Positions 8,687 through 15,541 of a stretch of DNA of 64,000 bases are shown one piece after another. The notes beneath the pieces were generated by a model. It saw only the letters and a list, made by a program, of their open reading frames with translations. It had not been told where the DNA came from and ran no database searches. The DNA comes from Deltaproteobacteria bacterium (GTDB taxonomy: Bacteria; Desulfobacterota; Syntrophia; Syntrophales; JAFGHS01), in the NCBI GenBank assembly GCA_016928025.1, contig JAFGLN010000014.1, positions 65,391 through 129,390 of the forward strand, written 5' to 3'. Positions within the stretch are counted from its first letter, which is position 1, and each line of letters starts with the position of its first letter. The position numbers and the translations under genes were made by a program.

Positions 8687-10357
8687 TCAAGACTTATGAC
8701 GGATAATTGCCCCTTTATCCGCTGATTCCGCCAACCGCGAGTAAAGGGCCAGGTAGCCTTTGCCGAATTTCGGTTCGGGCCGTTGCCAGGACCTTAGGCG
8801 CCGCTGAATTTCTTCATCGGTTACCTGGAGATGCAGGTTTCGTTTTGGGATATCGATGGTAATCTCATCGCCGTCCTGCACAACGGCCAGCGGGCCGCCT
8901 TCCGCCGCCTCCGGCGAAATATGTCCCACAAAACAGCCGTTGTTTGTCCCGGAAAAACGGCCGTCCGTGATCAGGGCCGTTTTCAGCGCCAATCCCTGAC
9001 CGTAGAGCATCTTCATGGCCTGATACATCTCCCGCATTCCCGGACCGCCTTTCGGTCCCTCGTAGCGGATGACCACAACATCACCTTCCCGGATTTGACC
9101 GTCTCTGATAGCCCGGTTCGCCGCCTCTTCGGAATCGAAACAGCATGCTTTACCCGTAAAGGTGTGCATCTGAGGCTTGATCGCCGCCGGTTTCGTGATG
9201 GCCGTGTTTGGTGCCAGATTTCCCTTAAGAACCGCCAAACCGCCGCCGATAGACCAGGGATCGTCCAATGTTCTGATAATGGCGCTGTTGTTGATTTGGG
9301 CCTTTTGAACATTTTCCCCCACCGTCTTACCGGTGACCGTCATGGCATCAGCGTGCAGCAAAGGGAGGATTTCTTTCATGACCGCCGGCACGCCCCCCGC
9401 GGCGTGAAAATCCGGAACATTCGCCGCGGCGGCCGGATTCATCCGGGCAATATAGGGCGTCGTCCGGCTCAGTTCCTCAAAAGCATCCACCGTCAAATCA
9501 TCGTCCGCCTCATAGGCAATGGCCAACATATGGAGAATCGCGTTGGTCGATCCGCCGATGGCGGCGTTGAGGCGGACGGCGTTCTCTATGCTTTTGTGGC
9601 TGATGATTTGACGGGACAGGATGTCCTGATTCAACAAGGCAATGATCTGCCGGCCCGCCGCCTGCGCGGAACGAAGACGGTCGGCCCGGGTGGCCGGTAT
9701 GGTGGCACTTCCCGGCAGACACATGCCAAGGGCCTCCGCCAGACAGCACATGGTGTTGGCTGTCCCCAGAAAAGAGCAGGAACCGCAGCTGGGCCCGGCC
9801 GCATCCTCCAGGGCATCATACTGCGCCTGGGTAATCCGGCCCTTTCGCAGCATGGCCAATCCTTCGGTGATGGAGGTCATGTCCGCGGTACGTCCGTCGA
9901 ATTCACAGCCTCCTTCCATCGGACCACCAACCACGAAAATCGCCGGGACCTCCAATCGTGCCGCCGCCATGAGCATGCCGGGAACGATCTTGTCGCAGGA
10001 CCCCAATAGCACAACGCCGTCCAGACGATGCGCCTCCACCATCATTTCAATGTCGTTGGCGATCAAATCGCGGGTCGGCAGGATGTAATGCATGCCGTTA
10101 TGGCCCTGCGCAACACCGTCGCAGGCCGCAATGACGCCGAATTCCACTGGTGTAGCGCCGGCCTGTCGGATACCCTGCTTCACATAGTCGGAAATCTGGT
10201 TTAAGTTGTAATGGCCCGGTACCAGTTGATTCCACGAATTGGCAACACCGATCAGCGGCCGTTCCAGGTCATAGTCACTGTAGCCCATGGATTTGAAAAG
10301 CCCCCGCGTCCCGCTCCCCTGCGGCCTTTTGAACAGATTTTTGCTTCGCCAAAACAT
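8687..10357 (-). CDS. ilvD: dihydroxy-acid dehydratase
   Basis: The protein is 556 aa. IlvD/Edd family motifs are present: 'IGVANSWNQLVPGHYNL', 'CDKIVPGMLMAA' and 'ALITDGRFSGTNNGCFVGHISPEAAEGGPLA'. GAGGAGG precedes the ATG. Confidence 0.95.
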   Translation of the reverse strand: MFWRSKNLFKRPQGSGTRGLFKSMGYSDYDLERPLIGVANSWNQLVPGHYNLNQISDYVKQGIRQAGATPVEFGVIAACDGVAQGHNGMHYILPTRDLIANDIEMMVEAHRLDGVVLLGSCDKIVPGMLMAAARLEVPAIFVVGGPMEGGCEFDGRTADMTSITEGLAMLRKGRITQAQYDALEDAAGPSCGSCSFLGTANTMCCLAEALGMCLPGSATIPATRADRLRSAQAAGRQIIALLNQDILSRQIISHKSIENAVRLNAAIGGSTNAILHMLAIAYEADDDLTVDAFEELSRTTPYIARMNPAAAANVPDFHAAGGVPAVMKEILPLLHADAMTVTGKTVGENVQKAQINNSAIIRTLDDPWSIGGGLAVLKGNLAPNTAITKPAAIKPQMHTFTGKACCFDSEEAANRAIRDGQIREGDVVVIRYEGPKGGPGMREMYQAMKMLYGQGLALKTALITDGRFSGTNNGCFVGHISPEAAEGGPLAVVQDGDEITIDIPKRNLHLQVTDEEIQRRLRSWQRPEPKFGKGYLALYSRLAESADKGAIIRHKS

Positions 10358-10485
10358 GCCTTTTCCTCCTCATCTTTGCCCTTGCTCACAAGGGCAAGGA
10401 AATCATATCGAAAATTCTTTATCGTTATGACTTTTCGGACTCACAGAAAATGAACAGATCACAATGATCAGGTTTTTCATGCCTG

Positions 10486-11199
10486 TTACCCTGAACCGTC
10501 ATCCATTTCCCGTTTTTCCAAAATTTCCAACGCCTGCTTCGCCGCCCGCTGTTCCGCTTCCTTTTTGCTTTTTCCCGTTCCGGCGGTTTTGATGACATCG
10601 GCAACGGACAGAAGAATTTCAAATGTCTTATCGTGATCCGGCCCGTATTCGGCAATCAGGCTGTACTGGGGAATTTCTTTATAACGGGCCTGGGTAACTT
10701 CCTGGAGGGCCGTTTTGTAATCTTTATAGAGAATGTCTTTATCTTCCGCCTCGATCAGGGGCAGAAAAAGATTTTTTATGAATAGAAGAGTCTTTTCAAA
10801 ACCGCCGTCCAGATAGATGGCGGCGATAACGGCTTCAAAGGTATCAGCAAGAAGCGAAGGCTTCTTCCTTCCCCCCGACAATTCTTCCCCTCGACCCAAA
10901 AGCAGATAGTCTCCTATCTTGAGCGCACAGGCCAGATCCGCCAGGGATTGTTCATTGACAATGGACGATCTCAGCTTTGAAAGCCGGCCTTCCGTAAAAT
11001 CAGGAAACGATTTCATCATCAAATCGCTGACGCATAACCCCAGAACGGCATCGCCGAGAAATTCGAGTCTTTCATTATCCGTAATAGCTTCCGATGGATT
11101 TTCATTGGCGAAGGACCGATGGGTCAGGGCGTCATTGAGCCATTCAAGACGGTTAAAACGGTAATGGATATGTTGCTCAAGATCTTTAAGCGATTCCAT
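10486..11199 (-). CDS. rnc: ribonuclease III
   Basis: The RNase III signature 'NERLEFLGDAVLG' is present, together with a C-terminal dsRBD ('GPDHDKTFEILLSVADVIKTAGTGKSKKEAEQRAAKQAL'). The ATG at 11199 lies 4 nt after the upstream gene's TGA. The longer ORF reaching 11274 would overlap that gene. Confidence 0.93.
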   Translation of the reverse strand: MESLKDLEQHIHYRFNRLEWLNDALTHRSFANENPSEAITDNERLEFLGDAVLGLCVSDLMMKSFPDFTEGRLSKLRSSIVNEQSLADLACALKIGDYLLLGRGEELSGGRKKPSLLADTFEAVIAAIYLDGGFEKTLLFIKNLFLPLIEAEDKDILYKDYKTALQEVTQARYKEIPQYSLIAEYGPDHDKTFEILLSVADVIKTAGTGKSKKEAEQRAAKQALEILEKREMDDGSG

Positions 11200-11203
11200 T
11201 CTT

Positions 11204-12274
11204 TCACTGTTCACGGATGATATGCCTCGTATATAATTTGCCTTCCCGGACAAATTCGGGAACAACCCGGACAATCGTATTGGCCGCCGGTACCCGGCTG
11301 CGTTCTATCATAACCGGGATGTAATTGCTGGAAAATCCTTTATTCCAGTCTTGATCATTTTTCTTTTCGCCCTCCACGAGAACGGACAATTCTTTCCCGA
11401 TAAAGAGTTGCGCAAACGCTTGCCGCTTTTTCTTTCCGATCGTTCTTAAAATTTCCGCCCGCCTTTTCTTATCCCGGTCTTCGACTTTACCGGGCAGATC
11501 AACCGCCCGGGTCCCCGGCCGTTCGGAATAGGGAAAGACATGTAGATAGGAAACAGGCAGCTCCTCAATCAGCTGGCGCGTATTTTCAAAGGCCACTTCA
11601 TCCTCCCCCGGAAACCCCACCATAACGTCCATGCCGATCCCAATATCGGGAGCAGTCTTGTGAAGTTTATATAGTAGGCTTTTTACAAAGGGGGCATCAT
11701 AGTTTCGTCTCATGAGGGCCAGTATCCGGCTGTCTCCGCTTTGCAGGGGAATATGAAGATGCCGGCAGAGCGTTTTCGATTCCGCCATGAAGGTGATCAA
11801 ATCGTCCGATATTTCTGTTACCTCGATCGAACTGAGCCGCAGCCGCTCGACGTTTTTTTGCCGTTCAACCGCTTCCAGGACACGGAGAAGATTCGTCTGC
11901 GGCGTCAAATCGTGGCCGTAATTTCCCAGGTGGATTCCGGTCAGCACCACCTCGTGGTGTCCGGCCTGATTCAACTTTACGATATTTTTGATGACCTCCG
12001 CTTCAGGGAGGCTCCGGCTGGGACCTCTGGCATAGGGTATGATGCAGTAACTGCAAAACGAATCGCAGCCGTCCTGAATCTTCAGAAACGCCCGGGTATG
12101 GCCCGGGAAACGTGTCACAGACATCAGCGAGATCTCTTTTGCCTGCATGATGTCGCCGGCGAAGACGGACATCTCAATCCCCTCCTTTTCCAAAGAGGAA
12201 CAAGGCGTTTCTGCCCCTTTTTTTAAGGGGGGGAAAGATATTCCGCCCCTCTTTGTTAAAGGGAAACAGGGCAT
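11204..12274 (-). CDS. mtaB: MtaB-like tRNA methylthiotransferase, radical-SAM + TRAM fragment (C-terminal part of a split gene)
   Basis: The motifs 'RAFLKIQDGCDSFCSYCIIPYARG' (radical SAM cluster) and a C-terminal TRAM-like region are present. The first 34 codons are encoded by repeat DNA. A strong internal start exists at ATG 12172, with AAGGAGG at 12187-12181 and an 8-nt spacer. Confidence 0.85.
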   Translation of the reverse strand: MPCFPLTKRGGISFPPLKKGAETPCSSLEKEGIEMSVFAGDIMQAKEISLMSVTRFPGHTRAFLKIQDGCDSFCSYCIIPYARGPSRSLPEAEVIKNIVKLNQAGHHEVVLTGIHLGNYGHDLTPQTNLLRVLEAVERQKNVERLRLSSIEVTEISDDLITFMAESKTLCRHLHIPLQSGDSRILALMRRNYDAPFVKSLLYKLHKTAPDIGIGMDVMVGFPGEDEVAFENTRQLIEELPVSYLHVFPYSERPGTRAVDLPGKVEDRDKKRRAEILRTIGKKKRQAFAQLFIGKELSVLVEGEKKNDQDWNKGFSSNYIPVMIERSRVPAANTIVRVVPEFVREGKLYTRHIIREQ

Positions 12275-12345
12275 TTCTCCGCCCTCTTTTAAAGAGGGAG
12301 AAGCTACTTTACCCCCCTTTTTAAAGGGGGGTAAGGGGGGATTTT
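12176..12345. repeat. tandem array of 5 palindromic repeat units (core CCCYCTTT-n-AAAGRGGG, period about 31-35 bp), family A
   Basis: Unit cores lie near 12181, 12214, 12247, 12282 (perfect ccctcttt-t-aaagaggg) and 12312 (ccccccttt-tt-aaagggggg, followed by taaggggggatttt). The array sits between the two mtaB fragments. In translation it gives PPLKKGG-like peptides in several frames. Confidence 0.85.
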
Positions 12346-12726
12346 AAGATCTGCACAACCCCTTTCTTCTGCCAGCCTCTCAATCACATCCGGCAGCTTT
12401 TCCTTCTCCGTATTTCCCACGACAAGGGTGACGCCTGGAATAGCAGCTAAGGCATTCGGATCAATCTGGGCATAGCAACCGGTCGCAATGACAATAGCAC
12501 TGGGATTTGTCTTACTTGCCCTTCTGATCAGCTGACGGGATTGATAATTCGTTGCGGCCGTAACGGTACAGGTATTAACAATATAGCAATCCGCTTGTGT
12601 ATTGAACGGGACGACGGAAAATCCTCTGTGTTCCAGTTCTTCGGAGATCGCTGCCGACTCGTATTGATTGACTTTACAGCCCAGGGTGGAAAAGGCTACC
12701 CTGAAGGCCTCTGTTTTTTTCTGCAA
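12304..12726 (-). CDS. mtaB: MtaB-like tRNA methylthiotransferase, N-terminal MTTase (UPF0004) domain fragment
   Basis: The 140-aa fragment contains 'FSTLGCKVNQYESAAI...CYIVNTCTVTAAT...IVIATGCYAQ', with the three conserved Cys of the MTTase N-domain. It ends at a TAG inside the repeat array. The downstream fragment is in a different frame. Confidence 0.85.
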   Translation of the reverse strand: MQKKTEAFRVAFSTLGCKVNQYESAAISEELEHRGFSVVPFNTQADCYIVNTCTVTAATNYQSRQLIRRASKTNPSAIVIATGCYAQIDPNALAAIPGVTLVVGNTEKEKLPDVIERLAEERGCADLKIPPYPPLKRGVK

Positions 12727-12924
12727 TCTGTCCTCCGCCCGTCAGGCCCATGTCGAGGTAATATTTCATTGCCTGAATACGGGTCGTTATCAAATTTTCT
12801 TCCATATTTTTTTCGTATAGAATCTAAACGCCGGGGGCATATTTTGTCAAGATCAAAGGATTATTGGCATTTATCGGGAATGTAGGGTATGATAGCGCGT
12901 CACATTGAGGGAGGTGCAACCGCT

Positions 12925-13296
12925 ATGGACAATCTGATCGAATCTTTGACCCACAATCCGCTGGTTTTCATGACAGCGGTTTTGCTTGTTTTCCTGATCT
13001 CCTACTTTATTTTTAAGCAGCTTTTTAAACTCTTCCTGCTGTTTCTGATTATTCTCCTGGCCGTTGGCGGCTATTATTACTTCAAAGACCCGAAAGCGGC
13101 GTCGGAAAACATCCGGCATGTTCTGACCGTCGTCAAGGACAAAACCGCCCACACCGTAGATAAAGGGAAGGAAGCCTATGAAACGGGGAAGGATTTGGTC
13201 GGAAAGGCCCAGGATTTTAATAAAAGCGTCGATAAACTGCTGGGTGCGGATAAAGAAAAGAAACCCGATGAAAAATCCTCCCCAAAGGAGAACTGA
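12925..13296 (+). CDS. hypothetical small membrane protein (2 TM, charged C-terminal tail)
   Basis: The ATG at 12925 follows GGGAGG. Two hydrophobic helices are seen ('LVFMTAVLLVFLISYFIF', 'LFLLFLIILLAVGGYYYF'), followed by a K/D/E-rich tail. The ORF is open from 12889. Confidence 0.6.
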   Translation: MDNLIESLTHNPLVFMTAVLLVFLISYFIFKQLFKLFLLFLIILLAVGGYYYFKDPKAASENIRHVLTVVKDKTAHTVDKGKEAYETGKDLVGKAQDFNKSVDKLLGADKEKKPDEKSSPKEN

Positions 13297-13707
13297 TCAG
13301 AGAAGATTGACCTCCATGGCCCTCGCGGGGCAGCAGGATACACAAAGTTCACAACCGTTGCATTTTTCCGCATCGAAATAAACCTGCATTGTTGACCGGT
13401 CGAAACTGAGGGCGCCGGTCGGACAAAAAGCCGTGCAGGCACCGCAGGACACACATCGATCCCTATTTTGCCTGACACTTTTGGAAAGGGGCTCGACTTT
13501 CAACCCCATTTCTTTCAAATAAATGATCGCCGCATCGAAGTGTTCTTTGGTGCCGCTTAAATCCAGGACAATCATCCCTTCTCGGCGCGGAAAAATTCTG
13601 GCCTTCAGAATATTGAAGACCAGATCAAACCGTTTGACCAGTTCATAGATGACCGGCTGTTCCACCGTCTCCGCCGTATAGCGAACGACTACTTTTCTCG
13701 AATACAT
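13297..13707 (-). CDS. NIL-domain / 2x[4Fe-4S] ferredoxin fusion protein
   Basis: The protein is 136 aa. The N-terminal NIL-like domain reads 'VEQPVIYELVKRFDLVFNILKARI...GMIVLDLSG'. Two ferredoxin motifs follow: 'CVSCGACTAFCP' and 'CNGCELCVSCCP'. Confidence 0.8.
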   Translation of the reverse strand: MYSRKVVVRYTAETVEQPVIYELVKRFDLVFNILKARIFPRREGMIVLDLSGTKEHFDAAIIYLKEMGLKVEPLSKSVRQNRDRCVSCGACTAFCPTGALSFDRSTMQVYFDAEKCNGCELCVSCCPARAMEVNLL

Positions 13708-13777
13708 GTTTTTTGATAAACTCCAAAAATTTTCCTGATGTTACGGAAAGCCCATGGGGATGTCAAGGAAATTAAAA

Positions 13778-14258
13778 TCAGATTTCTTTCAAAAGATTAT
13801 CCCAGTCCAGCGTTTTGAACGATCGGCTTAAAGGATGATCGTCCTCGAGCAGATGATATTCGAGATCCGTAAAAAGCTTTTCGGCAATATTTCTGACCGG
13901 CTCCCGTGGCACCACATCGTCATTAAGGCCGTGATAGAGGATCGCCGGTATGGCCCAGTTGATTTTTCAGATAAGGCCTAAAAGGCGTAAGATCCAGGGC
14001 CGGCGCCAACAAAATGAGTTTCTTAACTTTTTCCGGATGGTCGCACGCATAGATGGCGGCCATCAATCCGCCATAGCTGGAGCCGACGAGGATCAAATCG
14101 GTTTTATCGGCCAGAAGCCCGTTCAATCGCACCATTCGGTTTTCAAGGGGCCCCGTGTAATCCTCAACAATCATATCGGGATACTTGCTTCGGAAATAGA
14201 CCCCTTTCGTTCCCTGGCTGGAACTTTCCAGCCCATGGATGAATACCCTTGTCGTCAT
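13778..14258 (-). pseudogene. alpha/beta hydrolase (YqiA-like esterase), frameshifted at a homopolymer
   Basis: The upstream frame (14258-13923) carries the nucleophile elbow 'GSSYGG'. A second frame (13951-13778) encodes 'IPAILYHGLNDDVVP...LEDDHPL', which supplies the catalytic Asp and His. The frames join if the T5 run at 13963-13967 (A5 on the coding strand) is shortened by 1 nt. Confidence 0.75.
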
Positions 14259-14273
14259 TTCTATCTATCCCTT

Positions 14274-14294
14274 CACCTTGAACCTTGAACCCTG
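14274..14294. repeat. short CCTTGAACC/GGTTCAAGG tandem motif (family D)
   Basis: The sequence is caccttgaaccttgaaccctg. Related copies lie at 14428-14441, 57102-57137 (opposite orientation) and 62120-62144. All copies are at gene boundaries. Confidence 0.6.
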
Positions 14295-14330
14295 TTCCTG
14301 GGAACTTTCCTTTTTTGTTTCATACAACAT

Positions 14331-14359
14331 TTGACAATCCCGGCGCAAGATTGTAAATT
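14331..14359 (+). promoter_or_regulatory. sigma70-type promoter candidate
   Basis: TTGACA (14331-14336), a 17-nt spacer and TAAATT (14354-14359) lie about 100 nt upstream of the ATG at 14457. Confidence 0.4.
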
Positions 14360-14456
14360 TCTTTCAAAAAATAGTGGCAATAGAATAACCATTTATCATT
14401 ATAATCGTTTTTTGAGAGTATCTTATTTTGAACTTTGAACCGGAAAGGATAGACCA

Positions 14457-15521
14457 ATGGACGAAAAAAAAGAGATGAAAAAATTGTCAATGAGCAATAC
14501 GAAACAAGAAATGCTTGATGCCTATGGTGTTCTTTTGAAGCAGCTTCAGGAAAAGCGTGAAGGGGAACTGAAACCGGAAAAGAAGGTGGAAGAAAAGAAA
14601 GACAAAGAAGCCATCAAGAGTTCTGAGGCTCTCACCGCGGAAGGTGTAGTCACAGAAATCGGCGCTCTAAAGCTTGACATCGGCAAAACCCTAAGCCGAA
14701 TTTCCGATCAATTGGAAGACCAAGTAAACAAACTGGCCACCATTCAACATGCCATTACCGCTAAAGAAAAAGAAATTCAGGAATTATACGAGATTGAAAA
14801 ATCCGCTATGACTCTTGCAGCCCTCATTGAAGCGCAAAATCAGAAACGTCAGGAATTCAATATCGAAATGGAAGAGAAAAAAGAAGCCCTCAATCAGGAA
14901 ATAGATGAAATCCGGAGCGCTTGGCTAAAGGAAAGGGAAGAATACAATGCCGATATAAAGGAACGGGATGAAACAGAAAAGAAGAGTCGGGCGAGGGCAA
15001 AAGAAGAATTCGAATATACCTTCAAACGCGAACAGCAGCTTGCAACGGAGAAGTTCAGCTACGAAAAGGCAAAGCTTGAAACGGAATTAAAGGACAAGAA
15101 AGAGAAAGTGGAAAATGAACTTGCCACCAGAGAGGACGCCATTGCAGAAAAAGAGGAAGAACTGAACGAGCTTCGCAAACGGGCTGCCGGATTCGCAAAA
15201 GAATTGGAAGCCGCGGTAGCGATTGCTGTCAAAGAAATAACCGATCGTTTAACGTTCGAATCCAAATCTAAGGAAGACCTCCTCAGAAAGGAATATGAAG
15301 GTGAAAAGAATGTTTTCAAGACTCGCATTGATTCACTGGATAGAACCGTTAAGGAGCAGCAGGAACGGATGGCTTTGCTTTCCCAGCAGTTGGAAGCAGC
15401 TTATCAGAAGGTTCAGGATATTGCCGTGAAAACCGTTGAAGGCGCCTCAAATGCAAAAGCCATAGCGGGCATTCAACATCTCTTGGGTGAGCAGGTACGA
15501 AAATCATCGCAGGATAAATGA
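14457..15521 (+). CDS. hypothetical coiled-coil protein (K/E-rich)
   Basis: The protein is 354 aa and almost entirely heptad-like charged sequence ('EKEIQELYEIEKSAMTLAALIEAQNQKRQEF...'). GGAAAGGA precedes the ATG. Its stop overlaps the upstream end of the gcvPB ORF. Confidence 0.7.
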   Translation: MDEKKEMKKLSMSNTKQEMLDAYGVLLKQLQEKREGELKPEKKVEEKKDKEAIKSSEALTAEGVVTEIGALKLDIGKTLSRISDQLEDQVNKLATIQHAITAKEKEIQELYEIEKSAMTLAALIEAQNQKRQEFNIEMEEKKEALNQEIDEIRSAWLKEREEYNADIKERDETEKKSRARAKEEFEYTFKREQQLATEKFSYEKAKLETELKDKKEKVENELATREDAIAEKEEELNELRKRAAGFAKELEAAVAIAVKEITDRLTFESKSKEDLLRKEYEGEKNVFKTRIDSLDRTVKEQQERMALLSQQLEAAYQKVQDIAVKTVEGASNAKAIAGIQHLLGEQVRKSSQDK

Positions 15522-15541
15522 TAACCGGAAAGGAGGGACCG

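Noticed and set aside
8831-10009. A 392-aa ORF lies antisense to ilvD. Similar long antisense or alternative-frame ORFs include 33971-35149 (antisense to iorA), 54924-56069 (antisense to the acyl-CoA synthetase), 57177-58181 (antisense to mtaD), 39832-40641 (antisense to paaK), 62124-62855 (antisense to corA), 60602-61342, 30452-31213, 16499-17122 and 3028-3885.
   Set aside because: Each overlaps a gene with unambiguous family motifs on the other strand or frame. Their translations are Arg/Gly/Pro/His-rich low-complexity sequence, typical of stop-poor non-coding frames in GC-rich DNA. None has a Shine-Dalgarno sequence or recognisable motifs.
10427-10480. A 17-aa sORF, MKNLIIVICSFSVSPKSH, contains an L-I-I-V-I run. 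It lies just upstream of ilvD and is followed by the hairpin ttgccctt-gtgagc-aagggcaa (10379-10400), so it could be a branched-chain amino-acid leader peptide.
   Set aside because: No U-run follows the hairpin, so it is not an intrinsic terminator. The Shine-Dalgarno sequence is weak. The sORF starts 5 nt after the rnc stop, and hydrophobic AT-rich codon runs arise easily by chance. It is worth a look only if transcript data show premature termination here.
12176-12345. The regularly spaced short palindromic repeats could be a CRISPR array.
   Set aside because: The period is only about 31-35 bp, with cores of about 18 bp and variable parts of about 14 bp, which is far shorter than CRISPR repeat-spacer units. 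The units are degenerate, no cas genes are present, and the same family occurs as a 2-unit copy at 32712-32780. It is a REP/MITE-like repeat, not a CRISPR array.
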